From assembly GCA_963844255.1 (NCBI GenBank), contig CAWJNP010000035.1, positions 137 to 64,136 on the forward strand: a DNA stretch of 64,000 bases, written 5' to 3'. Each line of letters begins with the position of its first letter. Positions within the stretch are counted from its first letter, which is position 1. Origin of the DNA: an uncultured beta proteobacterium (GTDB lineage: Bacteria; Pseudomonadota; Gammaproteobacteria; Burkholderiales; SG8-39). The translations under genes were made by a program, and so were the position numbers. The notes beneath the pieces are model-generated. The model saw only the letters and a program-made list of their open reading frames with translations, was not told where the DNA came from and searched no databases. This document shows positions 40,551 through 49,756 of the stretch, piece by piece.

Positions 40551-40579
40551 TTGACGGAGTCGGCGTACGCGGGTTAAAA
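40551..40579 (+). promoter_or_regulatory. Putative sigma70 promoter of the cold-shock gene (TTGACG-17 bp-TTAAAA), giving a roughly 120-nt 5' UTR
   Basis: The hexamers and spacing were read from the sequence. A long leader is typical for csp genes. Confidence 0.35.
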
Positions 40580-40705
40580 GGCGCCTGTGTTTGGGTTCAG
40601 GCTTTCTGTAACGTCATGGAGAAGGGCGGCGGAGCTGTGAAGTTCAGGCATGTCCCGGGGTTACCTCCCGGGTTTTCCGCAATCAACGCAAAGGATGCAC
40701 CAACT

Positions 40706-40909
40706 ATGGCAACAGGCACTGTTAAATGGTTCAACGACGCAAAAGGCTTTGGTTTTGTAACGCCGGACGACGGCAGCGAAGATTTGTTCGCGCATTTCTC
40801 CGCAATCAACATGGCAGGATTCAAGACGCTCAAGGAAGGTCAGAAAGTGTCCTTCGATATCGTGCAGGGTCCGAAAGGCAAACAGGCTTCGAACATCCAG
40901 AAAGCCTGA
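40706..40909 (+). CDS. cspD: Cold-shock protein (CspA family; divergent from clpS as cspD is in E. coli)
   Basis: 67 aa: [18 protein letters not shown], with RNP1/RNP2 motifs. AAAGGA Shine-Dalgarno. The long upstream ORF 40439..40909 is an artefact of the open frame. Confidence 0.9.
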   Translation: MATGTVKWFNDAKGFGFVTPDDGSEDLFAHFSAINMAGFKTLKEGQKVSFDIVQGPKGKQASNIQKA

Positions 40910-40937
40910 CGCTGCACCTCGCACTACCGACTCCGAT

Positions 40938-40967
40938 GAAAAAGGCCGCCCTCGGGCGGCCTTTTTA
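40938..40967. terminator. Bidirectional rho-independent terminator between csp and the convergent hypothetical gene
   Basis: GGCCGCCC-tc-GGGCGGCC hairpin flanked by A-run (5') and T-run (3'). Confidence 0.7.
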
Positions 40968-40991
40968 TGTCCCGCGCGATTGTACTGCGCG

Positions 40992-42369
40992 TCAGTTGCT
41001 GCCCCACGGCTTGATCGCCGCCTTCAGCTGCTTGTAGCCGTCGAGGTAACGCGGACGCTTGCCGCCGTAGATCTTGTCGAATGTTGCCAATTGCGCGTCA
41101 AGCCACTTGGCGAGTTCGGCATTGCCCGGGTTGGCCGCCTTGTAGGCCTCGGTGATCAGAACGAAATGGATGCGCGGATCGTAGGGCTGCTTGGTGCCGC
41201 CCTCGGATTCGTCGCCCGCCAGCAACCTGAGCAGCATGGCATCGGCCGAACCCAGGGTCTGCTCGAAGATCGGCTCGCCGACCATGCGGTACATGACGCT
41301 GGTCATGTCCTTGCCGTTTTTCATCGTGAAGCCCATGTCGCTCCACACCTTGTTCATGTCGGTGCCGGGCTTGACCTTGTCGAGCACCATCTGCCCCCAG
41401 CTGCGCAGGAAATCGGGCGCGTCGGCCATCAGGTCGGTGAGGCGGTCGCCGTCGAGGTCCGTGGCGTACACGATGACGCCCTTCTGCTGAATCATGTCGT
41501 GCAGCAGCAGGCCAAAGTTGGTATCGGAAATATGTTCTGAAATCTCGCCGCTCCAGTTTTCCATGCCGGCCTTGAAGTCCTTCGGCAGGAGCGCGACGAT
41601 TGCGTCGACGTTGGCCTTGTGTTCTTCGTACGCATCGACCGAGTAACGACGGGTCAGGCTGGAACTTCGTGCCCTGGAGCATCCAGCGCACGATGCCGGC
41701 GTTGATGGCGTCTTCCTGCGCCTGGGTGGGTTTGGTGGCAACGCGGCCCACCTGTCCGGTTTCGTGCACCATCTTGAGGAACAACCGTACCGCGTAGGCC
41801 ATGCGCACGCCCGGCGTGTTCATTTCCGAATGCACGACACCGGTGGCGCGGTCGACCACGAATTTCTTCTTGTCCTGCGAATAGGGCAGACCCGGCATGA
41901 AGCGGATGCTGGTGATCGTGCCGTAAGGCCGGACGTTGCAGTACACGCCGGCGGCGGTACGCAGCGGCGCATTCGCTGACTTGCCGTTCACGACGACTTT
42001 TTTGCCGTTTTCGTTCACCAGGAAGTCGCCGGCGGTAGACCACTTGAGCGCGGTGTACTCGAGCTTGCCGAACCAGTCGAGCGAGACGAGTTTCGTGTCG
42101 TGGCGGAACTGCGCCATCATCGGTACGCCGAGGAAAGGCAGTCCGAGGACGTCGAGCGCCATCAGCGTGCCGTTCAGGGCGAACATGTCGGTGAATGCGT
42201 GCGCCACGGGCTTGACGCCGCCGGCGCTGTTGCCGCCTTCCCAGATGATTGCGTCGGTGCAGCCCTTGGGCTGGATGGTCGAGCGCTTGTAGATGCCGTC
42301 CAGCATCTTGAACAGGTCGCCGTTCTGCTCTTCCTGGGCGATCTTCAGCAAGTCGAGTTGATTGCTCAT
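40992..42369 (-). CDS. Conserved hypothetical cytoplasmic protein (about 459 aa, family not recognised); apparent 1-base frameshift near 41660-41675
   Basis: Two overlapping ORFs (41098..42369 and 40992..41741) are both protein-like. One joins to the other (…WMLQGTKFQPDPS | YSVDAYEEHKANVDAIV…) at a tt run. Confidence 0.6.
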
Positions 42370-42466
42370 GGGGCCTCGCGTGAGTTGGGAATTCGGGGTT
42401 CGGGGATTGCTAAAAGATATATTATATAAGACTTAGGCCGTCCGAGGCAGGCCGCGCAGGTCGGTG

Positions 42467-43606
42467 CTAGGCCGGGAACAGCTTAAGCACGAAAACCCGC
42501 TCTGCCATCCAAATTGCTGCGATCAGCGCGATAAGCGCCGATCCACCTACGAAAATCATACGCCGGTACAGGCTCGACCGCCGCAAACCATAGGCCAGCG
42601 GCAGGAACGCGCAGACGATGGCCAGTTGGCCGGCCTCCACGCCAATGTTGAATCCGACCAGCGCAATCAGCAAAGTGCCCTGCGGCAGGCCGAGGTCGGC
42701 CAGCACGCTGGCGAAGCCGAAGCCGTGGATCAGCCCGAATCCGAAGGCCACGGCCCAGCGTCGCCCGGCAACGACCGGCCACAGGTTGTTGAGCGCCGCG
42801 AGCAACACCGAAAGCGCGATGGTCGACTCGACCAGCCTGGAAGGAAGCGAAACGACCGAGAGGGCGGCCAGACTGAGCGTGATCGAATGAGCCAGCGTGA
42901 ACGCGGTCACCACCCTCAGCACATCCCAGAACACGGTGGCAAACCGCTCGGCCGGCTCCCAGCGGCGGCCCCGGAGAAGAAATACCGCGGGCAGAAGCAG
43001 CGAGACCAGGAACAGGATGTGGTCGAAGCCGATGAGGATGTGCCATACGCCCTCTCGCGCAAAGTCGATGAACTGCGAAAATCGCGAGATGCCAGCCAGG
43101 TCGAATCGCTGAACAGGCCGCTCGGGCCCGAGTATCGCGGTTCGCGTGCGGCCGCCGTGCTGCAGACGCAACAGGCCCCGATGCGAAGGATCAAGGTCGG
43201 AGAACAGGCTGTATTCGATCGTGATTTCGTGCGGTGGCGCCGTCAAACCGCATTCGATGGAAAAGCGCAGAACCGCGTAAGTACCATCGCTGTGATCGTC
43301 CACCAGATGGGCCAGGGGTGCGAGCGCGCAGCGCCGCCCGTCGACGGACAGGCCCAGGCGCGTCAGCACGTACGCGTCCAACTCGACGTGCTTCGCGCGC
43401 AATTCCCCCCAGGTAATTTCGCCGTCACTGTTGGCGTCAAGGCCGACGGCGAAATCGAGGTCGCGCAAAGCGATGTCCCACTGACCTCGCAGGACGCCAT
43501 TCTCCGAGACGACTCCCAGGTAGCTGTCACTTGGTTTATGGGCCCAGGCAAGGCCGGCCGCAGCAGCCAGCACGAGCCCGAGCAACAGACGGAATACCGG
43601 CTTCAT
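42467..43606 (-). CDS. HupE/UreJ-family membrane protein with an extra N-terminal periplasmic domain (putative Ni/Co or metal transporter)
   Basis: Signal peptide and a roughly 180-aa soluble domain. The C-terminal 6-TM region has HupE/UreJ-like His motifs (FDHILFLVS, HSITLS, LIHGFGF). Confidence 0.7.
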   Translation of the reverse strand: MKPVFRLLLGLVLAAAAGLAWAHKPSDSYLGVVSENGVLRGQWDIALRDLDFAVGLDANSDGEITWGELRAKHVELDAYVLTRLGLSVDGRRCALAPLAHLVDDHSDGTYAVLRFSIECGLTAPPHEITIEYSLFSDLDPSHRGLLRLQHGGRTRTAILGPERPVQRFDLAGISRFSQFIDFAREGVWHILIGFDHILFLVSLLLPAVFLLRGRRWEPAERFATVFWDVLRVVTAFTLAHSITLSLAALSVVSLPSRLVESTIALSVLLAALNNLWPVVAGRRWAVAFGFGLIHGFGFASVLADLGLPQGTLLIALVGFNIGVEAGQLAIVCAFLPLAYGLRRSSLYRRMIFVGGSALIALIAAIWMAERVFVLKLFPA

Positions 43607-44790
43607 CTGGACGCCGTCGCCAGCCGGCTGGCGAGCCAGTGCAGTGTTGCGCTCTCGAAACCCGACTGCGCCAGCCAGTCTGCGGCAGGCTTCGCCGCCG
43701 CCGGATCGTGCGCAGCAAGTGCGGCCTCGAGCAGGATGGCCGCATCGCGCGGCTCTCTCTGCGCCTTCCAGTTCTCCACGGCAAGCCTCAGGGCGCCGCG
43801 CGGGTCGGCCTTCAGATGGAGTCGGAAACGTGCCTCTTCCTGCAGATGCAGCTGCTCTCCCCGCAGCGCGGACTCCGCAAAGCGATCCTCCAGCGCTTGG
43901 ATATGCCTCGCCGCAGAAGGCGAGCCGAGCGTCTTTTCTGCGAGCGCGAGGCGAAGCAGCAGGGTGTCCGATCGTGCCCAGTTCCTGAGCAGATCGGCTA
44001 CCTCGCCGGGACGGTTCTCCTCGAGCAGGAAATCCGCATAGGCCGCGAGCAGGAAGTTATCGGTAATCCCGAGGCCGAGCGCAGCGCGGTAGTGTTGTTC
44101 TGCCAGTACCGGTTGCTTCAGGCGCTGTGCCATCTCGGCCAGCCGAGTCAGGTTCCAGAGTCTGGATTCGGCCGAAGCGCCGGGATTGCGCCGGAGAACT
44201 TCGGCGAGGCTGTCGTGGGCAGACCGTGCCCTGCCGGTCGTCGCGTCTACATAGGCAGTGCAGCCTGCGGCAAACAGCTCGCTTGCGTACGGAGCCAATG
44301 CGGCACATTCACTGCGCGCTTCCGAATAGCGTGCCTGGACCATGAAAATTGCGGCCCGCCACGCATGAATTTCCACGGCCGCCGGTCCCGATGCCGGCGC
44401 GGACGTCAGATCTTCGAGCGCGCCTGCGAAGTCGTGCCTGTACTGGCGCAGCAGCGCCCGGACAACGCGCAGCTCCGGAGGAATTTCGCCGCCACTGTTC
44501 CAGGAACGCAACGCTGCTTCCGCGTACCCGATATAGCGTGGGTCGCCTTCGGCCATCGCGAGGTCGAAGTATCGGCGCGCCAGCGCCTCTGCGCGCACGG
44601 GATCGTGCGGTGACTCCTGGAGTGCGGCGCGCAGGGTGCGCAACTCACGTGCGGCCGGATCACCCGGCTTGAACGGGAGCTTCTCAAGCACCTGTGCGTC
44701 GCTGGACGGTACGTACGGCACTGCCAGCGCGGAGTGTGCGACGCAGAGCACAACGCCGGCAAAGGCGCTTAGGATCAGGCGTTGGAACAT
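43603..44790 (-). CDS. Secreted tetratricopeptide-repeat protein
   Basis: Signal peptide MFQRLILSAFAGVVLCVAHSALA and helical TPR-like repeats throughout. It overlaps the HupE/UreJ gene by 4 bp (operon). Confidence 0.75.
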   Translation of the reverse strand: MFQRLILSAFAGVVLCVAHSALAVPYVPSSDAQVLEKLPFKPGDPAARELRTLRAALQESPHDPVRAEALARRYFDLAMAEGDPRYIGYAEAALRSWNSGGEIPPELRVVRALLRQYRHDFAGALEDLTSAPASGPAAVEIHAWRAAIFMVQARYSEARSECAALAPYASELFAAGCTAYVDATTGRARSAHDSLAEVLRRNPGASAESRLWNLTRLAEMAQRLKQPVLAEQHYRAALGLGITDNFLLAAYADFLLEENRPGEVADLLRNWARSDTLLLRLALAEKTLGSPSAARHIQALEDRFAESALRGEQLHLQEEARFRLHLKADPRGALRLAVENWKAQREPRDAAILLEAALAAHDPAAAKPAADWLAQSGFESATLHWLASRLATASR

Positions 44791-45004
44791 GCATCAGGGC
44801 AGGAAAAACAACAGGTTATCACTATTGTTAATCCGGTTCTCTCTGACTTAGAATGCTCTCGTGGGAAAGCCCACAGGGAGGCAAGACGGGACAGAGGCCG
44901 GGTCACCGGTCCACCTGAGCGAATCCGCCGGTTGTCGGGGCTGGATAGCGCGCCGAATTCGTTGCGCCGAACCCGCACACAACCTAATCGAGGAGAAGAT
45001 TCAA

Positions 45005-45190
45005 GTGAGAAAATTGCTAGCAGTTGTGATTTCCGCTGCGTTCGCCGCCGTCAGCTTCAACGTCCTGGCCGCTTCGCACGCAGGCGCGCAGAAGATGGAG
45101 AAGGGGGAAGTGAAGACCAAGGACGGCAAGGCTGTCACCACCAAGAAGGAAGGCAAGAAGGTCGAAACCAAGGAAGAGAAGAAGAAGTAG
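45005..45190 (+). CDS. Small secreted Lys/Glu-rich protein (MxK-repeat type), paralogue 1
   Basis: GTG start with an AGGAGA Shine-Dalgarno. Signal peptide RKLLAVVISAAFAAVSFNVLAASHAGA, then KMEKGEVKTKDGK...KKEGKKVETKEEKKK. Confidence 0.7.
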   Translation: MRKLLAVVISAAFAAVSFNVLAASHAGAQKMEKGEVKTKDGKAVTTKKEGKKVETKEEKKK

Positions 45191-45386
45191 TCGTCGCTCC
45201 TTGGTCTCTGTGACAGCGAGCGGCATGGCCGCTCGTGTGTGTTATATGTTATTAATTTAAATGAAATTAAAACCTCGTTGGTGCTTGCTTGCTTGCTTGT
45301 CAACCGATAGGCTTGGAGCGCGTTTAAGGAAGCTCGGCTGGCTTGTCCGGCCGACTAAAATTAACCATCTGCTGAAGGAAGATAAA

Positions 45387-45569
45387 ATGCAAAAGCTGCT
45401 GTCGATCGTTATCGCCGCCATGTTCGCGGCCGTGAGTGTCTCCGCCTTTGCCGCCTCGCACGCCGGCGCTGCGAAAGACGACAAGAAGATGGAGAAGAAA
45501 GAAGACAAGAAGATGGACAAGAAAGAAAAGAAAGCAAAGACGGAAAAGAAGGAAGAAATGAAGAAGTAA
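45387..45569 (+). CDS. Small secreted Lys/Glu-rich protein (MxK-repeat type), paralogue 2
   Basis: ATG with a GAAGGAAG Shine-Dalgarno. Signal peptide MQKLLSIVIAAMFAAVSVSAFAASHAGAA, then KDDKKMEKKEDKKMDKKEKKAKTEKKEEMKK. It is followed by a strong terminator. Confidence 0.75.
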   Translation: MQKLLSIVIAAMFAAVSVSAFAASHAGAAKDDKKMEKKEDKKMDKKEKKAKTEKKEEMKK

Positions 45570-45590
45570 GTTTTCTTCACTTTCACAAAG

Positions 45591-45621
45591 AGGCAGGGTA
45601 AGGTTCCCTGCCTTTTTTTAT
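45591..45621 (+). terminator. Rho-independent terminator after the second small-protein gene
   Basis: AGGCAGGG-taaggtt-CCCTGCCT perfect 8-bp stem followed by TTTTTTTA. Confidence 0.85.
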
Positions 45622-45637
45622 TGTCACAGGGAACGCA

Positions 45638-46075
45638 ATGCCCCGGCTCATCTTTCTCGCGCTCATGGCCGCTTTGCCGATGCTTGTCTCGGCGCAGCCG
45701 CTGCCCCGTGTTCAGCTATCGGCCGGGCTGTACTTGATCCATGCAGAGGTTGCCGATACGTTTGTCAGCAGAATGCAAGGTTTGATGCATCGAGAGTCAA
45801 TGGGTGCGAACGACGGAATGTTGTTCATCTTCGACGAGCCGGGCATCCAGTGCATGTGGATGAAAAATACGCTGATCCCGCTCTCCGTTGCCTACATTGC
45901 CGACGATGGGTCGATCGTCAATATCGAAGAGATGAAACCTCAGACCGAGGATGCGCACTGCACCAAGAAGCCGGTTCGTTTCGCACTTGAAATGAACCGG
46001 GGCTGGTTCTCCTCCAAAGGCATGGGCGCCGGCACAAAGTTGCGCGGCCTGGAAAAGCTCAAACCCGGGCGCTGA
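45638..46075 (+). CDS. DUF192 domain periplasmic protein
   Basis: 145 aa with a signal peptide and the DUF192 size and pattern (LSVAYIADDGSIVNIEEM...). Confidence 0.65.
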   Translation: MPRLIFLALMAALPMLVSAQPLPRVQLSAGLYLIHAEVADTFVSRMQGLMHRESMGANDGMLFIFDEPGIQCMWMKNTLIPLSVAYIADDGSIVNIEEMKPQTEDAHCTKKPVRFALEMNRGWFSSKGMGAGTKLRGLEKLKPGR

Positions 46076-46090
46076 AGCCGCCCCGAGGTC

Positions 46091-47146
46091 TCAGTGCCCG
46101 TGGCGGTGGTGTATATCTGGAAAATGCCGATGGGCGTGGGTGAGCGGTTCGTGCCGATGGCGATGCGTGTGGGGCTCTGATCCGGTCCAGCCCGATTCGT
46201 GTTCATGCCGATGGTGCTCGTCGTGAATGTGGCTGTGCTCGTGCTCCTGTGGTACGTGCGTATGCGCATGCATGTGTCGTTCGCTTGCATGCAGCCACAC
46301 GCCGCAGGCCATCAGTGCAGTGGCGGCCCAGAACCACGGGCCGGGCGTCTCGCCCAGAAGGAGGACCGCAAGGCATATCCCGACAAAGGGCGCGGTTGAA
46401 AAATAGGCGCCGGTGCGCGCCGCCCCGAGCTCACGCAAGGCGACCACGAACAGAACCAGGCTCAGGCCGTATCCGGCGAAGCCGACGGCCATTGCACTCA
46501 ACGCGACACCGGATGAGGGCATGGCCGAACCCGCCATGTAGGCAAGGGACAGGTTCGAAGCGCCCGCGACACAGCCTTTGATCGCCGCGATGGCCGTCGC
46601 GTCGCCCGCAGAAATCCTGCGGGTCAGATTGTTGTCGATTGCCCAGCAAAGGCAGGCAGCCGAGACGAGCAGTGCGGCGCCACCTGCATCCATGAGCGGG
46701 CCGGGCTGCAAGCCGAGCAGCATTCCGCCTGCCACGATCAGCGCCATGCCTGCGGCGATGCGCCGGTCGAAACTCTCCCGAAACACAAACCAGGCAATCA
46801 GCGCGGTGTAGACACTTTCGAGATTCAGGAGCAGTGAGGCGACCGAGGCCTCCGTTCGTGCCAGCCCGAACATCAGCAAGGCTGGTGCGACGATTCCGCC
46901 CACGAGTACTGCGGCAGCGAGCCAGGGCAGTTCGCCCGACGGGATGCCGAGGGTCGTGCGATGCCCAAAGATGCGCCTCCCGGCGATCCACGCCACCAGG
47001 CCCAGTCCGCTGCCCGCATAGAGCAGGCCGGCCAGTGCGAAGGGGTGCAATTCCACGCCAATCGCTTTTGCCGCCGGGGTGCTGGCGCCGAAAAGTGCCG
47101 CAGCGGCGAGTGCGCCGGCAATTGATTTTCCGTCGCGCGTGTTCAT
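46091..47146 (-). CDS. DMT-superfamily (EamA-like) transporter with a roughly 60-aa histidine-rich C-terminal tail
   Basis: 10-TM EamA-like body starting at MNTRDGK (ATG 47146). The tail is HMHAHTHVPQEHEHSHIHDEHHRHEHESGWTGSEPHTHRHRHEPLTHAHRHFPDIHHRHGH. Confidence 0.75.
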   Translation of the reverse strand: MNTRDGKSIAGALAAAALFGASTPAAKAIGVELHPFALAGLLYAGSGLGLVAWIAGRRIFGHRTTLGIPSGELPWLAAAVLVGGIVAPALLMFGLARTEASVASLLLNLESVYTALIAWFVFRESFDRRIAAGMALIVAGGMLLGLQPGPLMDAGGAALLVSAACLCWAIDNNLTRRISAGDATAIAAIKGCVAGASNLSLAYMAGSAMPSSGVALSAMAVGFAGYGLSLVLFVVALRELGAARTGAYFSTAPFVGICLAVLLLGETPGPWFWAATALMACGVWLHASERHMHAHTHVPQEHEHSHIHDEHHRHEHESGWTGSEPHTHRHRHEPLTHAHRHFPDIHHRHGH

Positions 47147-47177
47147 CGCCGGTCCTTTGGATGCACCCGCACCATCG

Positions 47178-49214
47178 TCAGAAATACAGCATCGCGGACA
47201 GTCGCAGGCTGCGTGGTTCGGCGGGATGGCTGTGCAGATCATTCGCCCCCGCGGCGGCCTCCCCGGAAAGGCGCGACGCATAGTAATAGTCGATGTCGTT
47301 CGTCACCCGATTGAGGAGGTTGTGCACTTCGAGCCCGAGCCGCAACTGCTGAGAAACGACGTAACTGATTTTCGCGCTCAGCAGCGCAGAGGGCCTGGAG
47401 CGCTGGCTGTTGTCGGCAACCAGGGGCCGTGCGCCGAAATAGCGCAAACGCAGACCCGCGTTCCACGGCCCAGATGCGTAGGTCAGTCCCGCCGAGGTTG
47501 TTCGGTCAGGCGCGCCCGGGATGAAGTTTCCCGTTGCGGCCGAATCTTGAAAGCGGGCCCGGGACCAGTTCGCGTCAAGGTCCACCGTAACGGACCGGAT
47601 TGGTTTGAGCTGGTTGCTCCATTCGATGCCGGAGCGCTGGCTGGGCCTGCCTGGGGTGGTGGTGCCGGCATCGCCGACAAACAGCAGTTCGGAGTCGACC
47701 TCCAGTCGCCAGAGCGCAACTGAAGTCTGAAACCCCCTGAACGGCGCGGAGCGCAGTCCGATTTCCGTGCCTCGCGCGCGCACCAGAGGCGTAACCCGCG
47801 CCGCGGGTGCGCCGGTCCCCGGATCCACCGTGATGGTCGCTCCGCGGGCGTCATTGCTGTGAAACCCGTACCCCCAGTTGAAGAAATATTCAGTATCCGC
47901 CCAGGGTCCGAGAATCAGGCCGAATTTCGGACTGACAATTGCGTCCCGCACGGTGCCGGAGTTGGCGATGTTGTCGCTGTTGACCTTGAACCGGTAAGCG
48001 TCGCCGCGCATGCCAGCGGTCGTGCGCAGCCATTCATTCCAGCGGATGGCATTGATAAAGTACAGTCCCACGCTGCTTTGAACGACCGCGTCGCTGCGCA
48101 CCGTCGCGATTCGCTGACGACCAACCGTATTGAACAGCCCTACTTCGCCGATGTTGTCGTTGCGAAGGCGCATGCCCACGGTGTTTTCCGTGTCAAGTCC
48201 GGCCAGACGGGTTTGCCAAGTGTGCGCGACATCGCCACCGCTGACGATGCGCCTGTCGACCTGTTCGAACTGGTCACCGGTCGCAGGGCGGTTGAGGAAA
48301 TAGGTGAAATTGGAAAACAAGTCCAGCCGGGAGCGAATCACATAGGCGCTCGCGCGCGTGCTGTTGCTGCCCTCGGTCCTGGCCCAACTCGCCGACAGGC
48401 TGTTGCGCGAGGACCGTCCGCCATCGGTCGGGTCGATCGTGCCGAATCTGCCAAGCGTGCCGGCATCCACGGCACGCTGCGGTATCTGGTCAGTCGCATT
48501 CCAGCGGTTCGAGTAGCTCATCGCAGTGATTGAGAAACCGTCCGCCTGTGTTCCGGCGGCGTAGCGCAGCAACCCGTTCAGCTTGCGCAGTTTTTCGGGA
48601 GAGTCCCAGGGGCCGTTGTCGCCTACGACTTCCAGGGCGCCGATCAGCCTGCCTCCGCCGATCGCGCCGCCCGTAGCGAACAGGCCGCGCCGGTATCCAA
48701 AGCTGCCCAGAGAAAAATCGGCGAAGTCCCGCACGAGCATGCGTTTGTAGTGAATACGCGCGGAACCTGCTGCGGAAAAGTCGCCCTCGTCGGCCGAGTA
48801 TGGCCCCTTGCGATAGTCGATCCGATCAACCAGCTCGGGTATCAGGAAATTGAGATCGGCATATCCCTGTCCGTGCCCGTGACTCGGGAGATTGACCGGC
48901 ATGCCGTCGACGTTCACTGAAAAGTCGGTGCCGTGGTCGAGGTTGAAACCGCGCAGGAAATACTGATTCGCCTTGCCGGCGCCGCTGTGCTGCGTGATCA
49001 CGACGCCGGGGATCGCCTCCAGAACTTCTGAGGGTCTGAGCAGCGGGCGGCTTTCGAGGCGATCATCTTCGACCGCCCCCTGGCTCGCCGCTTCCAAATC
49101 GCCGGTCAGTCCGCCGGTTCCGGGCGTGACGATGATTGCATCGTTCGCGGACGGATCCGCAGCCCGGCACGCAAGCGAAGCGCAGAGGAGCACAAAAACG
49201 GGGAGGCGGCGCAT
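47178..49214 (-). CDS. TonB-dependent outer-membrane receptor
   Basis: Signal peptide, a TonB-box-like DAIIVT, a plug domain and 22-strand barrel length (678 aa). Terminal aromatic residue (…AMLYF). Confidence 0.85.
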   Translation of the reverse strand: MRRLPVFVLLCASLACRAADPSANDAIIVTPGTGGLTGDLEAASQGAVEDDRLESRPLLRPSEVLEAIPGVVITQHSGAGKANQYFLRGFNLDHGTDFSVNVDGMPVNLPSHGHGQGYADLNFLIPELVDRIDYRKGPYSADEGDFSAAGSARIHYKRMLVRDFADFSLGSFGYRRGLFATGGAIGGGRLIGALEVVGDNGPWDSPEKLRKLNGLLRYAAGTQADGFSITAMSYSNRWNATDQIPQRAVDAGTLGRFGTIDPTDGGRSSRNSLSASWARTEGSNSTRASAYVIRSRLDLFSNFTYFLNRPATGDQFEQVDRRIVSGGDVAHTWQTRLAGLDTENTVGMRLRNDNIGEVGLFNTVGRQRIATVRSDAVVQSSVGLYFINAIRWNEWLRTTAGMRGDAYRFKVNSDNIANSGTVRDAIVSPKFGLILGPWADTEYFFNWGYGFHSNDARGATITVDPGTGAPAARVTPLVRARGTEIGLRSAPFRGFQTSVALWRLEVDSELLFVGDAGTTTPGRPSQRSGIEWSNQLKPIRSVTVDLDANWSRARFQDSAATGNFIPGAPDRTTSAGLTYASGPWNAGLRLRYFGARPLVADNSQRSRPSALLSAKISYVVSQQLRLGLEVHNLLNRVTNDIDYYYASRLSGEAAAGANDLHSHPAEPRSLRLSAMLYF

Positions 49215-49263
49215 GGGGTGCGGATTCTCCCAGTCTTTGCATCCGCCGAAAAGGGCCAGGTGA

Positions 49264-49755
49264 TCAGCGAGTCATGTATATCGCGGTGTGCGCGCCGGCC
49301 GCCATGAAAAACAGCAGAGGAAACGAAAGTGCAAGGTTTGCACGGGATACGAGGAACGCGATCCTGCGCGCGCGCGCCTTCTGCGCTTCGTCGGCCGGTA
49401 CGATGCCCAGAATCTTCTTCTGATTTGGCCAGATCAGTGCCCAGACGTTGATCAGCATGATGGTTCCAAGCCATGCGCCGATGCCGATGGGCAGATGCGC
49501 CGGCTGGAGCGTGAATGCAGCGACGAAATTCTTTCCGAGCAGCGCGGCGCCGGAAAGCCAGGTCGCCACCGCGGACCAACGGAACCAGAACAGTGCACGG
49601 GGTGCGACGTGTCTGGCGATGCCTGCGGCCGATCCGTCCGCCTGCGCCTCCTTCATCGCTTGCGCCTGGACGAAGTTGAAGTAATACAGCAGGCCGACCC
49701 ACATGATGCCGGCCATCAGATGCATCCAGCGCGACAATGCCGGGACATAGTCCAT
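49264..49755 (-). CDS. Small polytopic membrane protein resembling the DUF989/urate-hydroxylase (PuuD) N-terminal membrane domain
   Basis: 163 aa from MDYVPALSRWMHLMAGIMWVGLLYYFNF (W-x-H-x5-W-x-G-x3-Y-F pattern). The family is assigned from memory and is tentative. The upstream ATG at 49788 is also possible. Confidence 0.55.
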   Translation of the reverse strand: MDYVPALSRWMHLMAGIMWVGLLYYFNFVQAQAMKEAQADGSAAGIARHVAPRALFWFRWSAVATWLSGAALLGKNFVAAFTLQPAHLPIGIGAWLGTIMLINVWALIWPNQKKILGIVPADEAQKARARRIAFLVSRANLALSFPLLFFMAAGAHTAIYMTR

Positions 49756-49756
49756 C

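Noticed and set aside
44791-45004. Possible riboswitch (c-di-GMP-I/GEMM-like GGGAC…GCC elements) in the leader of the first MxK small-protein gene
   Set aside because: Only loose resemblance (GTGGGAAAGCCCAC hairpin, ACGGGACAGAGGCCGGGTC). Conserved GEMM or other riboswitch cores could not be aligned convincingly by eye. It is left as an unverified structured leader.
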